From positions 62,001 to 119,398 of the forward strand of contig CAUYUJ010000031.1 in the NCBI GenBank assembly GCA_963575745.1: a stretch of 57,398 nt of DNA, read 5' to 3'. The stretch is from Prorocentrum cordatum (Eukaryota). The notes beneath the pieces were generated by a model. The model was given only the letters and a program-made list of their open reading frames with translations. It was not told where the DNA came from and did no database searches. The position numbers and the translations under genes are program-made. Of the stretch, positions 25,128 to 35,995 are shown piece by piece (within the stretch, counting starts at the first letter, position 1; each line of letters begins with the position of its first letter).

Positions 25128-25974
25128 GGAGGATGAGGAGGAGGGGAAAGGAGGATGAAGAGGAGGAGGAGGAGGAGGAGGAGGAGGAGGAGGAGGAGGA
25201 GGAGGAATAGGAGGAGGAGGAGTGGGAGGAGGAGCAGGAGGAGGAGGAGGAGGAGGAGAGGAGGAGGAGGAGGAGGAGGAGGAGGAGGAGCAGAGGATGA
25301 ATGGGAGGAGGAGGAGGAGGAGGAGGAGGAGGAGGAGGAGGAGGGAGGAGGAGGAGGAGGAGGAGGAGGAGGAGGAGGAGAGGATAGGAGGAGGAGAGGG
25401 GAGGAGGAGCAGGGAGGAGGAGAGGAGGAGGAGGAGGAGGAGGAGGAGAGGAGGAGGAGGAGAGGAGAATGGGGGGAGGAGGAGGAGGAGGAGGACGGGA
25501 GGAGGAGGAGGAGGAGGAGGAGGAGGAGGAGGTAGGAGGAGGAGGAGGAGGAGGAGGAGGAGGCGGAGGAGTCGGAGGAATAGGAGGAGGAGGAGGGGGG
25601 AGGAGGAGCAGGAGGGGAGGAGAGGAGGAGGAGGAGGAGGAGGAGGAGGAGGAGGCAGAGGATGAATGGGAGGAGGAGGAGGAGGAGGAGGAGGAGGAGG
25701 AGGAGGAGGAGGAGGAGGAGGAGGAGGAGGAGGAGGAGGAGAGGAGGAGGAGGAGGGGAGGAGGAGGAGGAGGAGAGGAGGAGGAGGAGGAAATAGGAGG
25801 AGGAGGAGGGGGAGGAGGAGCAGGAGGAGGAGGAGGAGGAGGAGGAGGAGGAGGAGGAGGAGGAGGAGGAGGCAGAGGATGAATGGGGAGGAGGAGGAGG
25901 AGGAGGAGGGAGGAGGGAGGAGGAGGAGGAGGAGGAGGAGGAGGAGGAGGAGGAGGAGGAGGAGGCGGAGGCGG
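25128..25974. repeat. ~850-bp degenerate (GGA)n array abutting the 3' end of the minus-strand LINE
   Basis: Directly visible; the interruption GCAGAGGATGAATGGG recurs near 25290, 25655 and 25872. Confidence 0.95.
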
Positions 25975-26090
25975 TACGGCCAGACCGAACGAGTGCGCAG
26001 AGCGACAGAGAGGGGAGAAAGAGAAAGACAAAGGCCGAGGGCGCGCAACCCGACGATTAGACGGAGGACAGCCCGAGGCGCAGCCTCAGG

Positions 26091-29000
26091 CTACCGCAGA
26101 CGAAGCCAAAAGCAGGCATCGTCTGTGGGGAAGAGGGGGCGGGGCTCGCCCCGCCACTCGCCCGAAAGGGGATCTTTACCCGCCTCAAGGCGCTTTAAAT
26201 ATGTGGCGTCCTTGCTGGATGCAAAACCCTCACACTGGCCCCACAAACGGGAACGAGGGGCCGACGGCTGGGCCCTGGCGCCGCAGCGGTGGCAGAATGC
26301 AAGGGTCTCGCCAGCAAGACTAATATGATGCCCTCTAGCACTACAGGGCCCCACAGGGCCATGAGCGGGGAGAGGGACCTCAGGGCGGGCGGCATCACGC
26401 GCAACCCAGGAAGGCGCACCAGGACCTCCAGAGGTCCGAGGGCGCTTGCAGGGCGGGGGCCCCACAAGCACGCCAGAGCCCGCAGGCCCGACAACGCCAG
26501 ACACGGAGGGCGACGCCCCCGTCCGAGGCGCCTTCGGACGCGGGCCCTCCAGGGGCCCACCCGCCCTGCGGTCCCTCACCGTCCTGGCAGGAGCGGGGGG
26601 GGGTGGCGGAGGGGGGGGCTCATGCGGGGCCAGGGAGCGTGCCTCTTTGGCGCGCCGACACGCCTCCCCCAGCTCAGCATCCAACTGATCCTCACCCCCA
26701 CCATCCACCTGAAACCTCACCCGCTTAAAGGCCAGGGACCGCTCAAGACCCTCGGTCGCGATGGGCGGCGACCTCTCTGGTCCACTTGAGGCTTCGACGC
26801 TTCGAAGCTCCAAGGAAGGGCGAGCCTCAGAGGGGGGGCCCGAGACGCTCCCGCTCGGCCCGCCAGGGCCCTTCGGCCCAGCAAGGGCCGCAGTCGAGGA
26901 AGGCTCAGGCGAAACACCCTCGAGGCCCCAGAGGGCCGCCGCCTCCGCGACCCTACAAAGACCCTTCCTAAGCCTCGCAGCACCTTTCGGCGTAACCGCG
27001 TAAGCGGAGCAACGATCACAACTGTACTTCTTACCCCTCAACCTCACTCGATGCAGGAGCTGAGGAGGGCAGGCCTGCCCGCCTGCGGGTGAACCCGCAC
27101 CGCGGCGCCCGCGCCCAGCGCCGCTGCCTGCAGCGCCAGCCGCGGTCAGCTGCGCCCAGCGGCCGCGCAGCTCCATGTCGCGCCTCAGTGGGACGTCCAC
27201 GCGGTCGGGTGCCACGGTGCATTCGAAAATCATCCTGGACGAGTTTGCAATCCAGGTCGCGACCGATCTGAGCGTGCAGAGCGAGTCGGTGTAGCTCTTG
27301 ACAATGGCCTGGGGAAGGTCGTGCAGCTGCCGACCCCTCTTAGCCGCTTGATCTGCCAGATCGTTGCAGCGGCGATGCCATGAGTCCTCCCTGGAGTGGC
27401 CCTTGACGTACGAAAACCGAATCGGACTCTCCAGGTCTCCAGACATGGAAAAAACCACCATGGTCCTCCAACTGGTGAAATAGGCGACGCCAAAGATCCA
27501 CATTCTCACGCCTCGGATTTAGACACCAGCGCTTGCCACGCGCCAGCCCCTCAAGCAAAGGCATGTCGTCCGTGAAGATATGGGGCGGGGCCACACCGAC
27601 GGACAGCACCTGAATCACTGCGAACAACTCACCACGAGCGGACGTCTGGCGATGGCCAGGCAGCGGCCCAAATACCGCTCCGTGGTAACAAGCATCCCCA
27701 ACAACCACGAAGCCCCAGCCCGCACGGTCAGCAGCGTCCCAGTGGAGCAACTTCCTGCACGACCCGTCAGTGAACACCGAGCCCGTGACGACAAAATGTC
27801 CATGGGCCCGAGTTCCACGATCATAACACCAAACACCTGAGTCGTTCCTGGGCGGCAAGGCAGGAAGAAAGGAGTTGGGGTAAAGCCCACGCGAGTAGAG
27901 CAAATCACCAGGTGGTGCCCTCCTTGCCGCGTCCAGGGTGGCCTCCGACACCGCATGCTCCCGAATGCCGTCAAACACGCGGCATTGCCAATACCTGTGG
28001 TGGGCGGTACCTTCGACACCAGGACAGTTCCTGCATTCAGGGCAGTGAGCGTAAGCGTGTCGGTGCAAGCGCTTCTGCGTGAAATGGCCACCCACGACCG
28101 CAGTGCGTAACGCAGCCCGAGCCAGCGGATCCAATGCCCAACGCTTGGCCTTGGGACCAGGGCAAAGCAACGCACGTATGGGACTCAACCATGCACCAGC
28201 GGGGTCCTTGTGAGACGGGCCATCAAGTTCAGGCATCACCTCAGGCCTGGCAGCCCATTGGTACCAGCCTACGATCTCATAGTCCTTGAGCGCCAGCCAC
28301 TTGACCCCTGACGGGGCCACCTCGCGTAAGTCCATAGTAATACCAGCACGAGTACGGACTCGAAACGCTGAGGAGACTGTCCAGCCCAAGAAAATCACAG
28401 GCCGCGCAAAAGCACCAGCTGGGCCAGCCACTAGCTTCCAGCTCTCCTGCCAGTCAACCGAGGCCACCTTCCAGTATTGAGAGCGCCATGCCGTCTGCAG
28501 CGTAAAATGGTCAACATCCCCCGACTGAATCAACAAAGCCCAGTTGAAAACAGGTCCAACAATGGCCAAAGTCGCTGGTTGAGACTCAAAGCCCCCTTCC
28601 AACCTCGATGCAATCCAGTGCGACGCCCCTGAGGGAATGGCTTGCCAGCCCAGCTTCGCCAGGGAAGTCGCGCGCTTGATCAGGTGCGGCCCGGCGCCCA
28701 GAATGCCCAAGCCGTAGGTAATAGCGGGGCCAGCTGCTGCTTTGGGAACCTGTCTGAACTTCGCTCCAAGGTGGCTCAGCCTCTTGAAGTGCCTTGCCCG
28801 CTTCAATACGCGCCCGACGCGACCCCGAAGCACTCGGGCACGAGCGCTCTTGCCAGCGGCCGCCTCGAGGCCCAAGACCTGCAACCAGGGCCTGGCCTGA
28901 AAACCGTATCTCCGCAGAAGACGAGCCGCAGCGGGGGCTGCGGAGTCATCAGACGCGGCGAGGAAAGCCTTTGACTTCGCCACGGGGGGGCCGAGATCCT

Positions 29001-31600
29001 GCAGGGTGTCACAGAGCAAAGCCACCGCATCGGTGGCGATCCTGCACGCATCCGTCCGTCTGGCCACCACTTGCAGAGTTAAATCGTCAGCGAAGATGTC
29101 CAACGAGAAAGAAAAACCCATCTGAGCAGGAATGCCGAGACCGACCGTGCTGACGAAATCATCCATTGACGCGAGCATCAGTAGCTGCGCAAAAGCCATG
29201 GCAAACTTGCACCCTGGAAGGACGCCCTGAGACACCGTAACGGCATATGACGAAGCCTGCTGCTACACGAGTCTGCGAGGCGCACGATACATGCTCAGCG
29301 CACAAGAAAGCAGCTGACGCGGAAATGCGTGCTTGGCCGCCGCCGAGATAAGCCTCCGCCAACAAATGCGGTCGAAGCACTTCTCGACATCAACAATGGC
29401 CGTCACGACACCTTGCTCCACCGCCAGTGCAGCTTCAGCCCTCACCAGGGCCCGCGAGGCCACGTCCAGAGTGGTCTTGCCAGAGGCCAGGGCGAAAAAC
29501 GGCCTGTCGTGCTCCAGCAGCCAGACCCGCAGCTGCCTGCTGCGGACCTGCGACCACACACGGTAAGTCGCCTGCAAGAGCGCGATGGGCCGCCATCCAC
29601 CTTTGGGCTTCGCCAAGAGCACAATGTGGACGGCGGCCAGCTGCGTGGGCCAACGCTCCCAGTGCTCCGCCAGCCAGAGCACATAGATGAGCAGTGAGAG
29701 GGTCTCGTCCGCGAGCAGGCTGAGGGAGCGAGGCGCCAGCCGGTCAGCACCTTGCCCAGTGTGCCACTTGAAGGACTTTGCCGCCGCGCGCAGTTGGCCA
29801 ATCTTGGGCACAGGCAGAGAAGCGCGCGGCAGGCGTCGAATATCATCAAAGAGCTGCGCCGTGTCAGGGAAATCCGCGAGGTGCCTCACCGCATATTCAT
29901 CGGGTCCAGCAGCAGCCCCATGCACCTGATCACGGGTGGGGATCACTGACGCAGAGCGTGCATTCCAAATGCGAGACCAACCATCCATTTGATCATCCGC
30001 AACATCCTGAGCCAAGGTAGATGGCTTCGCATGCCGAACCCCTTGGGAATGCCGAACACCAGACGGCTTCGTGAAGCTGAACAGCGGCTTGATGCGAGAC
30101 TCACGACAGTTGGCGGCCCACCGTGCGAACTCTCGCCTGCGCTCGGCCATCGCCGCCTGCTCCAGGTCGTCAGCGAAAGAGCGAAGCCAACCAATGACAA
30201 AATAGACCGACTCCATCAGCAGGCGCTGAATGCCAGGGAGATCACCTCCCATGAGACCAGTAGTGGGCAACCCAACGTGGTCTCCTGACTGCAACAGGGC
30301 CGCTCGACCCAGCAGCACCTGGAAAGCGTCGGGGGACGCCTCCACGACCTCCCGTGCCAGCGGCAAGATGCCCCGCAGCGTGGCCACCACGTGCTGGCAC
30401 TCAAGCGAGCGAAAAGACCTTTCGGCGCCCAGAGAGACGAGTCTGTCCAAGCGCCGAAGTAAATCCAAGGGCTGCAGCCTTGCACGTAGCGCATCGTCAG
30501 CAGCTTGGGCCAGGCGCCGAGCACGCCGAGCGTCAGGAGGGGCGGCAGGTCTCGCAGCTGCTGGCGCTCCTCCAGCTTGGCGCCACCTGTGGGCCACCTT
30601 ATCAGCACGACCGCAGTAGCGAGGAGCGTCGCTCGCAGGGACACCATAACGCACCAGCAACTCCTCCTCCACGATGTTCATAAACTCAGCGTACAGGTGG
30701 TCCAGCCGCGCCTGAGCCTGAACAGGAGTCGCATCACCTCCAAGTACCGCATCCTCCTCGATGAGTTCGCGGGTGCGATCCGCCAGCACAGGCGTGACGT
30801 CCTCGGTCGGGGCCGCCTTCGGAAAAGCCTTCGGCGCCCGCAGGACGAGGAACTTGACCGCCTTGGCCCGCGCGTCGAGGGACGTCACCATCGGGAAATG
30901 CGGCGATGCAGGCCGTCCGTCCACAGGCACAGGCTGCGCCAGCGAGCTCGCAATGGACAAGCTGGCCAGCCAGTAGTCAATGGTCGAGTAGGCACCCTGG
31001 GCGCTGCGGCACGTGCCCACAGGGAGCTGCCTTGCAGGAGCAGGGGGCCTCGCGACCACTGCAGCAGGGATGAAGTCTAAGAAACCACACTCCCCAATAT
31101 GCTTCGGATCACAGTTGAAATCGCCCGCCATCAGAAACGGCCTGTTCCAACCCCGCAGCGTTGTAGCGATGTCATAGAGCCTCATCGCATTCACGTCGCT
31201 CCATCGCCCAACTTCAAAGTAGCATGACAACAGCACAAGACCACCTCTGATACCAAAATCCGCATGACACGCCACACAGAAACTCGGAATCAGGTCAAAG
31301 CCTTTCAACCCAGGCAGCTCCGTCACGCTGATGTGACGCCGAACGAAGAGACCCACTCCAGCAGAAGGCCGCCCCGACTCCAGACGTCGGCACGATGAAA
31401 TAATAGCATGCCACCCCGGTCGAGCCGCCCAGCCTTCAGCACGCCGACGGTCGTCACCATCGATGCGCAGCTCCTGAGCCGCCACAACCTGGATGCCAGG
31501 ATCGCAGTGGGCCAAAAACTCCCTGCACGAAGTCCAGGAAGAACCGTTGCATGTGACGAAGGAGGCCTGTACACGGGCGCGGCCTCGACGCCCACGGCAT
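26091..31600 (-). pseudogene. LINE-A ORF2: AP endonuclease, reverse transcriptase, CCHC-like finger, RNase H and C-terminal extension; one in-frame TAG (29263-29265) and a frameshift near 27450
   Basis: APE: FVTCNG, VAAQELR, SAGVG, MAGDFN, TIDYWL, SPHFP. RT: LLAKPKGGWRPIALL, VDVEKCFD, QGVLPGC, IFADD. CRNC..HHRYWQC. RNase H: VFTDGS, QTSARGEL, IFTD, VKGH, NDLADQAAK. ORFs 29263..32646 and 27340..29235 are in the same frame. Confidence 0.9.
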
Positions 31601-32566
31601 CTAGCCTTCCATGTCGGCCTCGCCTGCGTCTTCCCAGGCGGCAGCGGCGGTTCCCCCGCCTGCGCGAAACGCGTATGCAGCTCCTGGCGGCAGCGCGGCC
31701 GCGGGGGGAGCTGCGGCTGCAGGCGAGGAGCCTGCTGGGGGTCCTGCTCCAACGGCGGCGGGGGCAGCTGCGGCTCCTGGGGGCGTGAGGGCCGAGGCGG
31801 CAGGGAACGCTGTGCCAAGCGCTGCAACCTGCTGCCCGATCGCCTCCAGGACATGGATGCCCTGGCCGCTGGCGACGCGCGCGGGGGCAGTGGCGAGCGT
31901 GGACTGAAGGCCGACCAGCGTGGAGGCGAGGGCTGCCAAGTCCACGCCGCTGGAGCTCGCCGCCGAGGCCGCCGCGGCCTGCTGAGCAGCCTGGACCTCG
32001 ACCTCCAGGTTCTTGACCTCCGAGTCGGCCACGCCCTGCTGCCTGCGGAGGTCGTCGACCTTCGCAAGGGCCACCGCGAGGTCGTCCGCCAGCTGGGAGG
32101 CCCGAGCACGTGCCTTTCCCACGCGCTGCTGGAGGGAGACCAGGAGCTGCTCGGGAGGCTGAGCACGGCGCTCCTCCGCCTCCAGGGCGGCGAGCTCCTG
32201 TCGAGCTGCCTGGACGAGCGGGTGCTCCTCGGCGTAGCCGAGCTTCTGAAGAGCGGCCAACCCTTGCCTGGCGCGCACGACTGCGGGCCCAGCAGGTTCT
32301 CCATGAGCAGCGCCATCTGGAGGACCACCACGAGCACGAGGGGGGGGGCCAGAGCGGCGGCGGCGGCCCGCGGAGGTCGACCTCGCGCCCTGCTCCGAGG
32401 AGGCGGGCGACTCACGGACCGTGCGCCCAAGGCGGTCTCTGCCGCACTTCCAGCACGTGTCACGGCTGGGGAAGTTGTTGCGGAACCCGCAGAGCCTCGA
32501 TGCCGCACATGGCCAGTTCTGCTGCTGGGGCGGGGCGGCACCTTGCTTGGGCAACTGCTGGGCCAT
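31601..32566 (-). CDS. LINE-A ORF1 (321 aa): N-terminal RanBP2-type zinc finger, coiled coil and Ala/Pro-rich tail
   Basis: ATG at 32566. WPCAASRLCGFRNNFPSRDTCWKC approximates W-x-C-x(2-5)-C-x3-N-x(6-7)-C-x2-C. Heptad-like segment LVSLQQRV...VEVQAAQQ. Lies directly upstream of ORF2. Confidence 0.8.
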   Translation of the reverse strand: MAQQLPKQGAAPPQQQNWPCAASRLCGFRNNFPSRDTCWKCGRDRLGRTVRESPASSEQGARSTSAGRRRRSGPPPRARGGPPDGAAHGEPAGPAVVRARQGLAALQKLGYAEEHPLVQAARQELAALEAEERRAQPPEQLLVSLQQRVGKARARASQLADDLAVALAKVDDLRRQQGVADSEVKNLEVEVQAAQQAAAASAASSSGVDLAALASTLVGLQSTLATAPARVASGQGIHVLEAIGQQVAALGTAFPAASALTPPGAAAAPAAVGAGPPAGSSPAAAAPPAAALPPGAAYAFRAGGGTAAAAWEDAGEADMEG

Positions 32567-33483
32567 GCCAAGGCTGCTCCCTCGGTCGCCGTGATGCCCA
32601 GCCAGCCTGGTGCGGGCCGCGGCCAGCCGCAGCGCGAACCTCGCACGAGATCTCAGGCGGCGAGCCCGCCGATGCCACGCAGGGCTGCGCGAGCGGTCTC
32701 TCGACGCCACGATTGCAGGCGCCCGCAAGCAGCGGGCAGCCGGCGCGGGGGCAATGGCGCGGGCCCCGCGGCGCCCGCCCGCAGGCAAAACGGCTGCGGG
32801 GGGGCGTGGGGGGGGGGGCCACGGTGCCAAGCCACCTAGGAGGAGGAGGAGGAGGAGGAGGAGGAGGAGGAGGAGGAGGAGGAGGAGGAGGAGGGAGGAG
32901 GAGGAGGAGGAGGAGGAGGAGGAGAGGAGGAGGAGGAGGAGGAGGAGGAGGAGGAGGAGGAGGAGGAGGAGGAGGAGGAGGAGGGAGGGGGAGGAGGAGA
33001 GGGCGGAGAGGGGGAGGAGGACCCTGTGAGGAGGATCCTGGGCCAGGTCCCCTGCCTGTCCATATAGCCCTCCCTCTCCGCCTCCTCCTCCTCCTCCTTC
33101 TCCTCCTCCTCCTTCTCCTCCTCCTCCTCCTCCCTCCTCCTCCTCCTCCTCCTTGCGCGCAGGAACCTGACAAATTCATTGTCTTGCACAGCTGTGTTAT
33201 AGAGCTCGGGCCTCTTCATTTTCGTCACCGTCGGCCTCTTCTTATTTCGTTGCGTCCCTGGCCCTCCTGGGCCGCGCACATGCCGCCGGCCATGATTTGC
33301 GCCCCCCCCTCTTGGACGCCCCCCTCTTGGCCGACCCTGAAAGACAGAAGCATAAAAATGAGTTTTTGGAGTTCCGCGCGGATTGCTCGATCAGGCGATG
33401 GTCCTCCCTGTGGCGGCGCCCCCGGCGCCGCCTCCCTGGCGTGCTTTCCGCGCGCCTGGGAGGAGGGTCTGGCTCCGATCCCA

Positions 33484-33745
33484 GAAATTCTTGTAGAGTT
33501 TGAGCCTGTTTTTCTGTAGATTCGGCAAGTTTACTTGCATGGCGTTCGTCCCCCCCTCCCCCCCTTCCCTTCTCCCCCCTCGCCCCTCTTCACTCGAACA
33601 CGAGCGTGCAAGTGCCATTCGACTTGCGTGGTTTTCGCACGTCAAGCTGTTTTCGGCTTGCTTCAGGCTCAGGCCCCCCCTTCCATGCAAGTAAACTTGC
33701 CCGAATCCAAAAAAGGCAGGCTCCCCGAAATGCTTGCAGAATTTC
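33484..33745. mobile_element. MITE with a perfect 19-bp inverted repeat core, extending imperfectly by ~40 bp on each side
   Basis: GGCAAGTTTACTTGCATGG (33524-33542) / CCATGCAAGTAAACTTGCC (33683-33701). A second, inverted copy lies at 39100-39264. Confidence 0.8.
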
Positions 33746-33839
33746 GACCGTGTCTGATGCAGTTTTTGTTGTTGGCACTCGCGCCCCCCGACAACGTGAA
33801 CAACCCAGAAAACAAAACCAAGATATACCCGCGGTGTGC

Positions 33840-33861
33840 TCCGTAGCCATTTTGGCTCAAG
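33840..33861 (+). other. Genomic relic of the dinoflagellate spliced leader (full 22 nt)
   Basis: Exact TCCGTAGCCATTTTGGCTCAAG; the first T is shared with the end of the target-site duplication. Confidence 0.97.
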
Positions 33862-34632
33862 TCAAGTCTGCCCGACAAGTTCCAGCAGGGACCGCGCTGA
33901 TTTCATCACAGCATCAAGCTGTTTTCCGACACTGAGATGAGAAAGTTATTTGTTTACGGTGTTCCCGTTCTCGGACCGTTGCTCGGGACAGACAAGGTGC
34001 CGAGTTTCGAAGATGTCGACAAGCTCATGATGGCGCTGGCATTGGTACAAGGGCTTTTGCTATCCTGTCTCGCTGGGACTTTTCAGTCAGTATTGGAATG
34101 CTCCGACGATGCCGAATAGCCTGACAAAGTTTTGGCAATCAATTTTCAGTATTGGTCTTTTGAATGCTTGTGTTTGGCCATCCTTTTCACAATTATCACA
34201 TACGCCTACATTGTGTATTTGATCGACCAAGCAGGTGGTGACACTGTAGAAATGAAACGGATGGAAGTGTTCTGGACAGCCGGGGGGAGATTTGTTATGG
34301 CAGGGCTTGTAGTGTTCACGGTCACTAGGGCTGTACTTTATGCGTGGGGGGTCGAGCGGGCACTTGCGTGCATGTATGGTGACCTACACGGTGGCCATTG
34401 GGGCATGGATGGCTTCCTCCCAGGCGGCCTTGCGATGCCGTTGGTTGCATGCTTTTGTGCGATCTTGATTCACGTATCCTTTAGGAAGATGTTGATGGAA
34501 AATCTGGATGGTCTGCTTGGAGGGGCCCGCGCAGGAATATCACGTGTCGGCGACGAATCTGTTGCAGGTGTTCATTCCAGGTAAAGTTCTGGGTTCAATT
34601 CGCGTCGAGGTTCATGTCAGGAAACAAAAAGA
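33840..34632 (+). pseudogene. Processed pseudogene (SL-headed retrocopy) of a ~215-aa probable 4-TM membrane protein; CDS 33937-34584 with an in-frame TAG at 34117-34119
   Basis: SL, 75-nt 5' UTR, intronless frame (ORFs 33937.. and 34132.. are in phase), short 3' UTR, A-rich tail at 34622-34632. Flanked by the direct repeat AAGATATACCCGCGGTGTGCT at 33820-33840 and 34633-34653. Four hydrophobic segments. Confidence 0.92.
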
Positions 34633-35619
34633 AAGATATACCCGCGGTGTGCTAGTCGGACGCACCCTCATCTAGGATTGACGCCCTTCCATCTTACGTC
34701 TCCGAGCTGGGCCCACAGTTTTATGTCCAGTCGAGGGCCCCTATAAAGTCGGGGATTCGGCTGGCGGTGCTAAACTTACACAGATGATACAGGCGGTTTC
34801 GACTTCATCCCAGTTGACTCGGAGAGCGCATTGTTGATTCTGTTGATTACGTAGTGCCGCCTACCAACCTCCCCGAAATGGCGGCTGGAGTGGCGCATGA
34901 TTGTCGCTGTCGCCCGAGCTCGCGTGCCCTAGGTCACCCGCGGGGGGGCGCGAAGATAACCGCTTGTCGCGGCCTAGGCTGGGGAGTTGCCCTTCTACTG
35001 GAAGGTGGCGCGATGGCGCGAAGATTGCCGCCCTTTGCGCGTCGCGGGCGCGGGACCCGCGAAGGTGAGTGACCTTCCAGTAGGCACATCCATTAAGAAG
35101 TCGGCCTTCCATCATCGACAACAAAAGAACCCTTGACCGTGATAACACGATGAGGACGTGGTCTCACTGAGGTTCCCGTCTTCGCACTAGGGGTCATAGA
35201 TCTGGGTGGTCTGGTCTCTGGTCTGATGCATCTTCAGAAGCGACTCTCTATCCCTTCTGTTTTGGCTTTCCTAGCTCAGGTCCAGACCCAAAGGGTTAGG
35301 GGTACGGTAGGTTCGCGTCGTGTCGACCGGCGGCGACTCCAGCGCGTTCGTTTAAGGTTGAACGCCGCCCGTGGCCCAGAATCGGCCCGCCGTTGAACGA
35401 TCTGGCGTTAATGGGACGGCCGATCGTTCAAGTTTGAACGATCCACGCGGTGTCAGGAACAAACGCCGGGGTCGACACGACGCGAACTTGTCGTACTTTG
35501 ATGTTTATCATTCCACCAGGTGCACCACAGAAATCTTGAACTTGTCTCATCCCCCGAGTGCCGCCAGGGACCCCCATAGAAGGTCTGGGGCACCTCAGGG
35601 CCCTCGGCGATTTACGAGC

Positions 35620-35785
35620 CCTCGCTGCCCCCCCTGCACAGCGACCGAGGTATAAGATCGAGGTCTGTCCAGGGAGTGTACCCTACGTTTTTCTTGTCTG
35701 TTGGATGTTCTGGTGCGTCCTGGGGAGGGTGCCCTCGAACGTTCTGTGTGCGTTGGCTGGCGGAGGGTCTCATGTTCTTGAAGGG
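35620..35785 (+). repeat. Dispersed repeat, second copy at ~36757-36920
   Basis: GACCGAGGTATAAGATCGAGGTC versus GACCGAGGTACAAGATCAAGGTC; TGTTGGATGTTC and CATGTTCTTG are also shared. Confidence 0.8.
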
Positions 35786-35869
35786 TGTCATTCTGTCCTC
35801 GGTGTGGCCGCAACGGGGGGCGATCAGATGGGAGGGTGAAGGACGGTGCACCCAGACATGACCGCGTCG

Positions 35870-35995
35870 TGAAAATATCACGACGGGAGGGTTTTGGCCG
35901 TTTTCGGTCTCCGGGGGCCCTCGCCGGGCCCCAGGACCGTCAACAAACGACTTAGGATGAGAACCGGTTCCAGGGAAAAGGTCGGGATTTCTGGG
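35870..35995 (+). repeat. Dispersed repeat, second copy at ~39920-40045 (related pieces ~36060-36180 and 41365-41450)
   Basis: GACGGGAGG..TTTTCGG.CTCCGGGGGCCCTC.CCGGGCC..AAACGACT..GGATG..GGTCGGGA is shared. Confidence 0.8.

Larger units (their letters stand above)
25975..32838 (-). mobile_element. Near full-length non-LTR retrotransposon (LINE-A): ORF1 plus APE-RT-RNase H ORF2, mildly decayed
   Basis: Two-ORF layout with the domain motifs listed in the next two features. (GGA)n arrays on both sides (25128-25974 and 32839-33020). No poly(A) tail. Confidence 0.9.

Noticed and set aside
24625..26328. Poly-Pro/Glu/Gly/Arg ORFs; likewise 37692-38927, 44712-45311 and 50382-53346
   Set aside because: Translations of GGA, GGCTGA, poly-T and GAT repeats.
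32821..32840. Degenerate SL at the LINE-A 5' end (minus strand CCTAGGTGGCTTGGCACCGT)
   Set aside because: Only about half the positions match, and a gap is needed, whereas the element is otherwise little decayed. Not distinguishable from chance.
31493..33519. Long + strand ORFs (448 and 469 aa) opposite LINE-A ORF1
   Set aside because: Antisense shadows of a GC-rich coding region plus GGA repeats.
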